This document shows, piece by piece, positions 19,593 to 28,117 of a stretch of 64,000 bases of DNA. The notes beneath the pieces were generated by a model. It had not been told where the DNA came from. It made no database searches and saw only the letters and a list, made by a program, of their open reading frames with translations. Source of the stretch: a virus. The stretch covers positions 1 through 64,000 of IMG/VR virus record IMGVR_UViG_3300044695_007092; one strand, given 5' to 3'. How positions within the stretch are numbered: position 1 is the stretch's first letter; the number at the start of each line of letters is the position of its first letter. The position numbers and the translations under genes are program-made.

Positions 19593-19730
19593 ATGTATAA
19601 GATTACCGAACGTGTAGAAGAAGAGTATGGTCCAGCTGATTATGGTAAAATAGCAAACGTTCTTGAACCATTTGGCATAATTTCCACTATGTCGATTGTA
19701 TTCATTATTATATACGTGTCCTTCTTTTGA
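19593..19730 (+). CDS. Small membrane protein (45 aa; not in ORF track)
   Basis: MYKITERVEEEYGPADYGKIANVLEPFGIISTMSIVFIIIYVSFF, with GGAG upstream. Confidence 0.45.
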   Translation: MYKITERVEEEYGPADYGKIANVLEPFGIISTMSIVFIIIYVSFF

Positions 19731-19786
19731 TAAGATGAGACTGGTATATAAAGTAATGTTATAGCCTAATCAGGAGGATTAATACA

Positions 19787-19996
19787 ATGCCAAGCCGCTC
19801 ATCTAGAAGGTTTTTAGAAAGATCAGGGTTAATAGTTACACAAAGGCTCCCTCAATCAAGGGTTGCGATCGGTAACTTAAATTCCCTAAAGTATCCTTTA
19901 AGCCCCCCATACCCTTCAGACCACAATCGACCTAATGAAGGCGATCCTCCACCTGATAGGGGCGTATCTAGAGAGTGGCCGTACGGAGACGCATAA
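19787..19996 (+). CDS. Small Pro/Arg-rich hypothetical protein
   Basis: AGGAGG RBS. Confidence 0.55.
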   Translation: MPSRSSRRFLERSGLIVTQRLPQSRVAIGNLNSLKYPLSPPYPSDHNRPNEGDPPPDRGVSREWPYGDA

Positions 19997-20286
19997 TGAG
20001 CTATGGAAGTTACTCAGCAGAGGATGATAAAAGAACAATAGCTTTTTGGATACTAGGAGGCGGGCTTCTTGCCTCTATAGTTCTATTATCGCCTTTTTTC
20101 TTTATCTTCGCTCTGGCGGTTACTTGTGCAATAACTAGAGGACTTGAAAATATAGATGCTAAAAGGCCTGTTTACATGCCAGGTAAGCACTATAGACATT
20201 TTCAAGATTCTGTAGAAAGAGCAGTATCCAGTAAACCTTATAGTAAAATCTATAGGCGAAGGATAAAAAAGAGCCGTTACTATTAA
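19996..20286 (+). CDS. Membrane protein
   Basis: Hydrophobic hairpin (IAFWILGGGLLASIVLLSPFFFIFALAV) and a basic C-terminus. Start placed at the coupled ATG 19996. Confidence 0.6.
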   Translation: MSYGSYSAEDDKRTIAFWILGGGLLASIVLLSPFFFIFALAVTCAITRGLENIDAKRPVYMPGKHYRHFQDSVERAVSSKPYSKIYRRRIKKSRYY

Positions 20287-20298
20287 TAAATAGAATAG

Positions 20299-20330
20299 GG
20301 CCTTGTCGCTCGTCGCGGCAAGGCCTTTTT
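20299..20330 (+). terminator. Rho-independent terminator
   Basis: ggccttgtcgc-tcgtc-gcggcaaggcc-ttttt. Confidence 0.75.
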
Positions 20331-20352
20331 GTACCTGAGCAAAGGAGTTCTC

Positions 20353-20676
20353 ATGATCGATGTTTTAATTGCAACTTTCTTGGCTGCTGTGGCAACTAAA
20401 GCGGCCTTGGATGCCTGGTTTGAAGGAAACGTGTTTGCACTAGCTAGAGCCTATGCAGAAGCATGGAAGTCTTCTGACAGAAAGGTTGTAAGCTTATTTG
20501 GAGAGTTGTTATCCTGCCGGTTCTGTTTAGGGTATCACGCTTCATTTGTATTCTCGATTATATGTTGCCTACTATTAAATAATTGGCTATTTGTACTTCT
20601 GGTTGCTTTTGCAGCCCGAGGAATGGAATACGAGATGGAAAGATACTTAAGGAGCAAATATGATCCCAAAGAGTGA
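20353..20676 (+). CDS. DUF1360-like membrane protein
   Basis: GELLSCRFCLGYH motif between TM segments. Start placed at ATG 20353 after AAGGAG. Confidence 0.6.
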   Translation: MIDVLIATFLAAVATKAALDAWFEGNVFALARAYAEAWKSSDRKVVSLFGELLSCRFCLGYHASFVFSIICCLLLNNWLFVLLVAFAARGMEYEMERYLRSKYDPKE

Positions 20677-21049
20677 CGATATCAAACCAAGACATATGGA
20701 AGTTACAGATGCCTTAAGGGATGCTGTTAACAACCTATTAGAGGGGGTCCCCGAGCTTAGATCGGTAGGGATAATACTGGACTGGAACATAGGGAAGAGC
20801 GAATTCCCGTTTGGAATGATGATAGGAAGAGAAGGCATGGTAAGGTCGGCAGATGAGCTGTTCTCTATTATGGAGCAGACTGCAAAACTTAGCGGCTTTC
20901 AGGCTAAGTCTATAGTAGAAACACTAGTAAGTATAGACGGTAAGGCTACTGAACTTACTAAGAAGGTAAAAGAAATGAAAGAGCAGATGAAAGAGTTAGA
21001 GTCTAAAAAGGATCAAATTATCAATGAAAGGAATTCAGATGAAAAATAA
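20660..21049 (+). CDS. Hypothetical protein with C-terminal coiled coil
   Basis: 129 aa, AAGGAG RBS. Confidence 0.65.
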   Translation: MIPKSDDIKPRHMEVTDALRDAVNNLLEGVPELRSVGIILDWNIGKSEFPFGMMIGREGMVRSADELFSIMEQTAKLSGFQAKSIVETLVSIDGKATELTKKVKEMKEQMKELESKKDQIINERNSDEK

Positions 21050-21257
21050 AAGGCAAGTGAAAGCAGAAAAGGTTATAATGATTTGTAGCCGAAGGATGAT
21101 ATCCAAGGTGTTGGGTATTGATCCTAAACAGATCAAGGATAATGTACTTTTTAACGACGAAGGGGCTTGTGCGATGATACGGGAGTTGTATCAGATTAAC
21201 CAAAAGCAACCTGACAGGTTGACCAGGGCGTACGACTTGGCAGACCTAGTCCGGTAA
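21039..21257 (+). CDS. Small hypothetical protein
   Basis: ORF 21024..21257, likely start at the downstream ATG. Confidence 0.5.
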   Translation: MKNKRQVKAEKVIMICSRRMISKVLGIDPKQIKDNVLFNDEGACAMIRELYQINQKQPDRLTRAYDLADLVR

Positions 21258-21268
21258 GGAAGGAGGTC

Positions 21269-21421
21269 TTGAAAAAGGCTAAAGTTACTAAGCTCGAGCT
21301 TTTGAAGTTTAATAAGTACCTTGTTAAGTTATCATGTGGTCATTTTTTCATAAATGACACAACGGTAACAAAGATAAAAGATATGGCGCAGTTTGTAACC
21401 TGCACCAAGTGTAAAGAGTAA
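21269..21421 (+). CDS. Small Zn-finger protein (50 aa; not in ORF track)
   Basis: TTG start after AAGGAGG. LSCGH...CTKC motif. Confidence 0.55.
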   Translation: MKKAKVTKLELLKFNKYLVKLSCGHFFINDTTVTKIKDMAQFVTCTKCKE

Positions 21422-21467
21422 TACAGTAAGGATACTAGCTGTTATGCAGCTAGAGATGGCAGGTAGG

Positions 21468-21499
21468 GCCGCTACTCTCGTTGAGTAGCGGCTTTTTTT
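21468..21499 (+). terminator. Rho-independent terminator
   Basis: gccgctactc-tcgtt-gagtagcggc-ttttttt. Confidence 0.85.
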
Positions 21500-21523
21500 G
21501 TTATAGTGCTAGGAGATTTAACT

Positions 21524-21682
21524 TTGAAAGTTAAAAAAAGTAAATGCCCAAAGTGTAAAAACGAGACTGCTAAAGCCCATCACTTGGCGACATTTGAAGA
21601 TAGATTATGCTTCACGTGTCTAGATAAAAGAGTTAAGAAGAAAGGAAAATTCAAAGAAATAGACATGAGCTCCGATGAGTAA
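21524..21682 (+). CDS. Small Zn-finger protein (52 aa; not in ORF track)
   Basis: TTG start after AGGAG. CPKC...CFTC motif. Confidence 0.55.
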   Translation: MKVKKSKCPKCKNETAKAHHLATFEDRLCFTCLDKRVKKKGKFKEIDMSSDE

Positions 21683-21956
21683 AAAAATTGAAATACCTAA
21701 GCATGTTATCGAGAACGTTAAGTCATTACTAGATGTTATGGAGTTTAAAGGCCTACTAGATATGTTCCTAAAAGGAATGTGCAGACATACTGTAATAGAA
21801 ACAGGAGGTAAGTTTGAGATAGTAGCTCTGTCTATAAATTGCGTTGGTGATAGACTTTTTGAGTTTAATTTTGGAATAACTCATGAATGCGAAGATGATC
21901 GTTCTTGGTGGGTGCTGGACTCAGCTATAACGGTAACAAGGAGTAGTAAACAATGA
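21675..21956 (+). CDS. Hypothetical protein
   Basis: 93 aa, coupled. Confidence 0.55.
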   Translation: MSKKIEIPKHVIENVKSLLDVMEFKGLLDMFLKGMCRHTVIETGGKFEIVALSINCVGDRLFEFNFGITHECEDDRSWWVLDSAITVTRSSKQ

Positions 21957-22207
21957 AAAAGGAGCTAACTATGGACAGGGCATGGTCGCCTACAGATAAT
22001 GATAGAAATTGGCTAAAGGGCCTATTCTATCTGATGGCAGATAGAGCTGTATGGAGTGTGCCCGCTACTGGGCAGACATTCGTAAAAAGAGGCGATGCCC
22101 TGGTTTGGACTAACGAAGAGATAGGAGATCACGCAGAGATCTTTGCGAGATCAAAGATGATAGGGCATGAAGTAGGAATAGACGTTATAAAAGAAAGTGA
22201 GCTATAG
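21953..22207 (+). CDS. Hypothetical protein
   Basis: 84 aa, ATGA overlap, AAGGAG RBS. Confidence 0.6.
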   Translation: MKKELTMDRAWSPTDNDRNWLKGLFYLMADRAVWSVPATGQTFVKRGDALVWTNEEIGDHAEIFARSKMIGHEVGIDVIKESEL

Positions 22208-22699
22208 GTGAATATATTTGTGTTGTCTCTAGAGCCAAAAGAGGCAGCGCAATGGCATATGGACAGGCATGTTGTTAAGATGCCGCTGGAGTCCGCGCAG
22301 ATGCTATGCACAGCGCTTTATCACCACGGGTACTCATCTCCTTACAAACCAGCGCATAAGAATCACCCTTGTACATTATGGGCTGCCAAGTCTAGATCCA
22401 ACTTTATATGGCTCTGCCGGCTAGGATTAGAGCTTTGCGGAGAGTACACTTTTCGATATAAAAAAGAACATAAGTCAGGAGAAGTAATAAGTTTCTGCAA
22501 GGATATGAGAATACTAATACCTGATGGCCCGCTTACAAGCTTTGCTCAAGCCATGCCTGATGAGTATAAAGATGCGTGTCCTTTGAAAGCCTACAGAGAG
22601 TATTACAGAAAAGGTAAGTCTCATCTTGCTAGTTGGAAAGATAGAGAAGAGCCTTGGTGGTACAAGGACGACAGTAAGAAAGCCGTATTAGGAGATTAG
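22208..22699 (+). CDS. Pyrimidine-dimer DNA glycosylase/endonuclease V-like protein
   Basis: MNIFVL..P..AA..H.D.HVVKMPLESAQML.TA, HKNHPC..W, FAQAMPDEYK and AYREYY...K motifs. Confidence 0.8.
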   Translation: MNIFVLSLEPKEAAQWHMDRHVVKMPLESAQMLCTALYHHGYSSPYKPAHKNHPCTLWAAKSRSNFIWLCRLGLELCGEYTFRYKKEHKSGEVISFCKDMRILIPDGPLTSFAQAMPDEYKDACPLKAYREYYRKGKSHLASWKDREEPWWYKDDSKKAVLGD

Positions 22700-22700
22700 C

Positions 22701-22991
22701 ATGGAGCTTGAACCCGATATACAGTTTATTAAAGAAGCCATAGATGAGATGAATATTGAGTCTATAGTAGAGACTATGATTAGAGGCCACGTTCTTAACA
22801 TAGCCGGAGAAGATATGGATTTAAATGCGATTATAAAATCTGTATCAGTAAGCGATACTGACGATATAAACATTAGAAAAGCTAACATAATTATAGATTT
22901 ACTAGTAAGAGTAAAGCCTGAGCTAAAGCTCAGGTCAGTGGAGCATGTTCTGTTGTACCCAAGTTATGAAAGGAATGGTAATGAAAAGTAA
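22701..22991 (+). CDS. Hypothetical protein
   Basis: 96 aa, AGGAG RBS. Confidence 0.55.
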   Translation: MELEPDIQFIKEAIDEMNIESIVETMIRGHVLNIAGEDMDLNAIIKSVSVSDTDDINIRKANIIIDLLVRVKPELKLRSVEHVLLYPSYERNGNEK

Positions 22992-23388
22992 AGTTAAAAA
23001 GACAATCAGTAAGAAAACTAAGACTGCACCTATTAAATACGTAAAGGCATTACTCACTATATCAGAGCTAAGAAAGGTTCGTTTAACTAGGTTATCTGAG
23101 ATGATGGAGATTAAAAAATATGAACCAGAAAAAATAAATAAAATGAGGATAGATAGTAAATCTATTCTTAGAAAGAAGAATGGTAAGTACCAGCTTTTAA
23201 AGTGTAATTTAGACGAGTTAATGCAGTGTCTGGTTCACCAGATACAGCTTAAAGACAGAAAATACAGCAAGCCATTAGAGATCAAGGAGTTTAGTATTGA
23301 TTTAACGTACTCCTACGGCGGTAAGGTTGATATGAGGCAAATGGTTAACGGGTCTCAAAAAGAATCATGGAAAAGGCCTGAAGATTAA
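22981..23388 (+). CDS. Basic hypothetical protein
   Basis: Lys-rich ORF. Start probably ATG 22981. Confidence 0.55.
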   Translation: MKSKVKKTISKKTKTAPIKYVKALLTISELRKVRLTRLSEMMEIKKYEPEKINKMRIDSKSILRKKNGKYQLLKCNLDELMQCLVHQIQLKDRKYSKPLEIKEFSIDLTYSYGGKVDMRQMVNGSQKESWKRPED

Positions 23389-23416
23389 TGCTAGGCGCGG
23401 TTAGTAGTTTTAACAT

Positions 23417-23451
23417 AGCCAATTGTGGAGTTGTTTCCACAATTGGCTTTT
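23417..23451 (+). terminator. Hairpin/terminator
   Basis: agccaattgtgga-gttgtt-tccacaattggct-ttt. Confidence 0.7.
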
Positions 23452-23471
23452 CTATTTAACAGGAGAATAAA

Positions 23472-23648
23472 ATGGCAATTGAAGTTAGCACGACGAATCA
23501 AGATTCATCAAAGATAGAGGTAACTAAAAACTCTAAGGGATATACATGGGTTATAAGACTGACGTGTAAGGACGGCGAAGAGCAAAATACTATCGATAGG
23601 ATTGAAGCTATAAACACTGACCTAACCAGAAGATTTAAATCAGAATAG
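23472..23648 (+). CDS. Small hypothetical protein (58 aa; not in ORF track)
   Basis: AGGAG RBS. MAIEVSTTNQDSSKIEVTKNSKGYTWVIRL... Confidence 0.6.
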   Translation: MAIEVSTTNQDSSKIEVTKNSKGYTWVIRLTCKDGEEQNTIDRIEAINTDLTRRFKSE

Positions 23649-23658
23649 GAGAAATAAA

Positions 23659-25911
23659 ATGTCAAGAGAACATGTAGTCGAGATACTAAGCGTAGCATCC
23701 GCTAAAAAATACGCAAAGAGCGCAGACAGGCACTTTAGCTTTGCAAACCTTAAAAGTCTTGAAAAGCCGGACACATTAAGATGGCTTACGTCGCATAACC
23801 CTGAGTGCTCTGAAAAGATGAGTATAGGGTTTGGAGATAGATTTACAATAACTAAAGATAATAGACTGTACATTAAGGACCTGCACACAGTAGAGCTGCG
23901 TATATGTGGAGATATAGAATTAGATTATAACGAGACGTTAGAGTTTATGCATGAGCTGGCCTGCTCTCAGATAAAATCTATTGAGTTTTGTAGGTCAGCT
24001 GCTATTCATATATTAAAGACCATAAACACCAAGCCTATAGACGACGCAGCGCTTATTGAAATGATTAGTAGGGTTCCATCTAAGAGTCCTCCTATCTACG
24101 ATAAAATTATGATCGAGGGCGCCTATAGTTTTAGATCGGGTAATGAGTGCACCATAGTAACCACTCACGACCACGCTCCGGCTATTAATAGGATACTTGT
24201 TGATGTCGCTTGTACAGGCGACGGTATGAGCATAAGACGGCATAATCATTATGCTAGCACTTCGGAGCAGGTGGTTGAAATAACTGTAAGAACAGATATA
24301 GCAGCCGCAGTAGTTGGAGACTCCCTCCTACTTACAGAAACGCATAAGTCCGTGGCTAGAGAAAAGATTAAAGGATTCTTTAATATGATAAAGCGCTCTA
24401 TCATGTTTAAAGAAATAGCTACTGGCAGGTGCTTATTTAAAACAATCGATATGGAGGACTTAGATAGGGCTTCATCGGTAGGTTCATTTATAAAAACAGT
24501 TAATACTAATAAACTAGCTTTGCATGTATCTGTCGCTTTTAATACTGAAGAGGCCTACCTCAGCTCTACGTACCTAAGGGAAGCCATGGCTGTTGAAGGC
24601 GGAGAAGACATGGTGTCAAGGTTCGTAAGGGATGCTGAGAGTATTAGAGCTCAAGCACGCTGCTATGGTGTAACCGGCAGAGACTTATTTAGAGAAAAAG
24701 GTATTAGAAAGCTAATAAGCCAAAGAATACAGGATATTAATTTTATTAATAAAGCGCTGGCAGAAGAATGTAAACTTCTTTCTGAGGATATAGAGGAGGC
24801 TGTTAAAAATAGAAGGCCGTTTAGCCATGAGCGTAATGCCTCTACCTCTGTATTTTCTTGCACAATCAACGATGATATATATGACAAAGAGTTGGTAGAC
24901 TATTTAACAAAAAATGTTACAGGCAAACTTGTTGTAAGACAGGGCTTAAGGGCTATCCCATGCTTAGACAGCGACAAGTTTACATTAATAGATGACATCG
25001 GTATAGAAGTAAAAAAGGAAGTATTGAATGGTCCTTTTAATTTTAAAGAGTTCAAAGGAAAGAATATAGTACTTGGAAATATAGACCCAAAGAAAGTAGT
25101 TCCAGGCGATCTATCTCGTTTAATATCTAACTTAAGAAAAAGCATTTATATAGTAGGAGATACGGAAGAAACTCACGGAAAAAGCGAAGGCGTGCTTATG
25201 TTCTGCGAGTACTCTACTATACCTGACTATATATTTGAAGAGCTTATGATGTCTATGGCCGGGATAGAAATTAAAGATGGAAGAATATATCCTAGCTTTC
25301 TAGACGACGCCAGAGGCTTATCTTTAAGTAAACAAAATTACAACGATATAGATATCACTATATTCATTCCTGATACATGTAAGATTAGCGCTAAGTGGGC
25401 TAATAACCTACATATGTTAAAGCTTAAAATACAAAAGTCCGTAGACGAGGCAAGAATAGTAATTCAGCCTCTAATTAACTGCTTTACTAAAAACATAGGC
25501 GTTAGCGATATAGATATAACCTCTGATATAAATAGTGGTGTGGCGTATAGTAAGAGGTGCAGGCTAACTCCTACCAGCACTTGTTCAGCAACCTTTATTG
25601 ATAGTATCTTTATGGGGTACGATGAACTAGGAATACCTTTATACGGAGCCTGCGGCCCCTCCGATGGAGTGGCTGAGACTGCTAGAGGTGGTAACCTAAA
25701 GGAGTTATATCCAGAATTAGAAGATAAAAATGGAATGTTTGGTAAAATAACGGCCGTAGGAAGAAAAAGAATTAGAAGAGGATCTCATAATATATGCATA
25801 TATATTAGAGGTTTGACTAAAGAGTCAGCGCTTATAAGGTCTTCTACTTTAGAGTTGGCTAAGATAACTGAGTCTTTAGTTCCTAGCCTAGAGGCAGCTA
25901 TGTCTTTTTAA
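23659..25911 (+). CDS. Large hypothetical protein (750 aa)
   Basis: Long ORF with AGGAG RBS. No recognisable motif. Confidence 0.75.
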   Translation: MSREHVVEILSVASAKKYAKSADRHFSFANLKSLEKPDTLRWLTSHNPECSEKMSIGFGDRFTITKDNRLYIKDLHTVELRICGDIELDYNETLEFMHELACSQIKSIEFCRSAAIHILKTINTKPIDDAALIEMISRVPSKSPPIYDKIMIEGAYSFRSGNECTIVTTHDHAPAINRILVDVACTGDGMSIRRHNHYASTSEQVVEITVRTDIAAAVVGDSLLLTETHKSVAREKIKGFFNMIKRSIMFKEIATGRCLFKTIDMEDLDRASSVGSFIKTVNTNKLALHVSVAFNTEEAYLSSTYLREAMAVEGGEDMVSRFVRDAESIRAQARCYGVTGRDLFREKGIRKLISQRIQDINFINKALAEECKLLSEDIEEAVKNRRPFSHERNASTSVFSCTINDDIYDKELVDYLTKNVTGKLVVRQGLRAIPCLDSDKFTLIDDIGIEVKKEVLNGPFNFKEFKGKNIVLGNIDPKKVVPGDLSRLISNLRKSIYIVGDTEETHGKSEGVLMFCEYSTIPDYIFEELMMSMAGIEIKDGRIYPSFLDDARGLSLSKQNYNDIDITIFIPDTCKISAKWANNLHMLKLKIQKSVDEARIVIQPLINCFTKNIGVSDIDITSDINSGVAYSKRCRLTPTSTCSATFIDSIFMGYDELGIPLYGACGPSDGVAETARGGNLKELYPELEDKNGMFGKITAVGRKRIRRGSHNICIYIRGLTKESALIRSSTLELAKITESLVPSLEAAMSF

Positions 25912-25924
25912 TTAATAGAAATAG

Positions 25925-25952
25925 AAAAGGAGGCGGTTAAGCCTCCTTTTCT
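25925..25952. terminator. Bidirectional terminator between convergent genes
   Basis: aaaaggaggc-ggttaa-gcctcctttt. Confidence 0.8.
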
Positions 25953-25972
25953 TTACTAAATACTACCGAATA

Positions 25973-26212
25973 CTAACGAAGCCTATTAAGAAGCCTGTTA
26001 GCCCTGCCGCGAATCTTCTCAGAAGCGGAACAAGAAGATTTACAAGAGGATTCAACCTTTGTTGAATTTTCAACCTTTGGGGCTGGCTTAGATTCTACTT
26101 TGGCCGGAACTGCTGAGCAGGACCCACCAGAGCAAGAACCTGACTTCTTAAAAATGCCGTCAACGGCTTCAGACCCGAAAGCAATACCTGCGATAACAAC
26201 TAACTGAAACAT
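25973..26212 (-). CDS. Small secreted/membrane peptide with Cys/Ser-rich segment and Arg-rich tail
   Basis: Hydrophobic N-terminus, CSGGSC, RGRANRLLNRLR. AGGAGG RBS, and a TTGTCG-N16-TAAACT promoter-like sequence upstream. Confidence 0.65.
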   Translation of the reverse strand: MFQLVVIAGIAFGSEAVDGIFKKSGSCSGGSCSAVPAKVESKPAPKVENSTKVESSCKSSCSASEKIRGRANRLLNRLR

Positions 26213-26371
26213 ACTAACCTCCTGTAAAGTCTATCTACCAGCCCTATTGCTGGAGATGAAAGTTTACAGATGTTAAGTACTTCGACAAGTAATCGCTTAG
26301 ATATTTATAAACACAATCTATATAAACCCTTTACATGTAAAGGTTTATAAATTTAAAAAAGAAAGGAAATC

Positions 26372-26788
26372 ATGAAAAGCAAATACAAGTACACATACCA
26401 CAAAGGCCATTACACGATCTACAAGTTCATAATGAACCATAATAATAAAGGCGTAAAAGTCACAGATTTGGATATTGAAAAAGGCACGCGCCTTGGAAAA
26501 TCTACTGTGTTAATATACCGCACTAAGCTTATGAGAGACGGCGTAATAGCAAGAGACGGCTCTGACAGTAGGTCAGGTAGGGTAAGGAAGGCATGGAAAT
26601 GCATTAAACCCTTCAAATTAGAGAGATCTGTCGCTAGTAAGGTCAAAGTACCAAAAATTAATAAAGCCTCAAATTATAGAAAAGAAAAGGTGTTCTTAGG
26701 CACCGTTCTGGAAAAGGTCTTAGCAGAGCTTAGCCTTAACAATAATCTACTGGGGCAGGTAGCAAGACTACTTAGTGTAGACTATTAA
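26372..26788 (+). CDS. Putative winged-HTH DNA-binding protein
   Basis: Basic. VTDLDIEKGTRLGKSTVLIYRTKLMRDGVI resembles a wHTH. Preceded by a near-perfect palindrome at 26321-26349. Confidence 0.5.
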   Translation: MKSKYKYTYHKGHYTIYKFIMNHNNKGVKVTDLDIEKGTRLGKSTVLIYRTKLMRDGVIARDGSDSRSGRVRKAWKCIKPFKLERSVASKVKVPKINKASNYRKEKVFLGTVLEKVLAELSLNNNLLGQVARLLSVDY

Positions 26789-26843
26789 GTAAAAGCGACT
26801 CGTAGTCGCTGCAAAAAATTAAGTGCAATACTAATGTACGGTT

Positions 26844-26897
26844 GTATACAAAAATGTTGCACTTAATTCATACTACTCCTAAAGGAGTAGTATAATA
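26844..26897. repeat. Left arm of 54-bp inverted repeat
   Basis: gtatacaaaaatgttgcacttaattcatactactcctaaaggagtagtataata is the reverse complement of 27271-27324 with 2 mismatches. Confidence 0.95.
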
Positions 26898-26922
26898 TAT
26901 TTTAAAACCAAGAAAGGTAAAA

Positions 26923-27258
26923 ATGCAGAACACAAAAATCATAAAACTATTAGTTCTTATTAATCATAGAAATAGAGAAATTGATATAAGGGCTAAAACT
27001 TCTCCTAACGTCTTTTGTGTAAGAATAAGATGCACTATTGACCAGTTCAGTAAAGGCGATCTGCACGAAAAAGCCTTATCAATAGGAAAAAAATACATTC
27101 ATACTAAGATGAATGCATCAAGCGAAGATTTTGATCTTGTATGCTTTGATAAGTATGAAGGACATTTTATTAGCAAAAAGGTATGGAAATTACCTATGTG
27201 GAAGCAATCACAAGTATACGATATCAGTAAAGACGAAGTTTCAAAACATGAAGAATGA
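26923..27258 (+). CDS. Hypothetical protein enclosed by the inverted repeats
   Basis: 111 aa, AGAAAGG RBS. Confidence 0.65.
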   Translation: MQNTKIIKLLVLINHRNREIDIRAKTSPNVFCVRIRCTIDQFSKGDLHEKALSIGKKYIHTKMNASSEDFDLVCFDKYEGHFISKKVWKLPMWKQSQVYDISKDEVSKHEE

Positions 27259-27270
27259 TAGATGTAAATC

Positions 27271-27324
27271 TATTATACTACTCCTTTAGGAGTAGTATGA
27301 ATTAAGTGCAACACCTTTGTATAC
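27271..27324. repeat. Right arm of 54-bp inverted repeat
   Basis: tattatactactcctttaggagtagtatgaattaagtgcaacacctttgtatac. Confidence 0.95.
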
Positions 27325-27460
27325 CTGCGTACACTATATACGCAGGTAATCTATTTACAGAATGCTCCAGTAATAGGACAATTGTATTAGCTACAGTTAA
27401 TGCCATCTTGTCTTGTTACTAGGAGCTTCTATAGTAAAACTTAAAAGTAAGGGAGGTATC

Positions 27461-27721
27461 ATGAAGACTTTAGACGTGGATACCGAGCAAGAAACAGAAG
27501 AGCCCAAAAAAAGCAAAGCGGATAAGCTTGCAGGAAAGATCATAACTCATCTTAGGAAACTTCATAAGTTTCCAGAAAATGTAATAAAAGTAGAAGCAAT
27601 AAACGTGTACACAACTCGATGGAGAGTAAACGTGTGGACGTGGGGAGAGAATAACGCCAAGGTAGAAGCATCTTGGTTTGTAGTAGTAGATCTTAAGGGT
27701 GATGTAGTACAGGTGTATTAG
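27461..27721 (+). CDS. Hypothetical protein
   Basis: Start ATG 27461 after GGAGG. Contains WRVNVW. Confidence 0.6.
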   Translation: MKTLDVDTEQETEEPKKSKADKLAGKIITHLRKLHKFPENVIKVEAINVYTTRWRVNVWTWGENNAKVEASWFVVVDLKGDVVQVY

Positions 27722-27732
27722 TTTTAGGAGAT

Positions 27733-28026
27733 ATGATGATTGAAAGAAAAAAAATAGAGTTTAATAATGATGACCATAGAGAAGAGGTTGTTGCTAAAGT
27801 AGTCTCTAGTTCAATAGAGGCCCTTCGTATGCTATCTCATACTCTTAATTCCGGCTCGATCAAAAGCTTTGAAGACTTTAAAAGATTAATAGAAGACCCA
27901 AAAAATACCGCTATCAGGGAGCTTCTTGATAGATCGAAGGAAGAGGTAAATAAGCATATTATAACTAAAGGCGAGTTTCTTAGAGAGACCGCTAAACAAG
28001 ACCCTAAGCTGACTTGCTTAGACTAG
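27733..28026 (+). CDS. Hypothetical protein
   Basis: 97 aa, AGGAG RBS. Confidence 0.6.
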   Translation: MMIERKKIEFNNDDHREEVVAKVVSSSIEALRMLSHTLNSGSIKSFEDFKRLIEDPKNTAIRELLDRSKEEVNKHIITKGEFLRETAKQDPKLTCLD

Positions 28027-28039
28027 TCTTGATACACTT

Positions 28040-28084
28040 AATAAAGGGGTGGGGTATTTCCCCCACCCCTTTATTTTTTTAGCT
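28040..28084 (+). terminator. Terminator hairpin followed by TTTTTTTAGCT
   Basis: aataaaggggtgggg-tatttc-ccccacccctttatt-tttttagct. Confidence 0.8.
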
Positions 28085-28117
28085 GTAAGCAAGTAAGAGT
28101 AAAAGTAAGGGGCTTCA

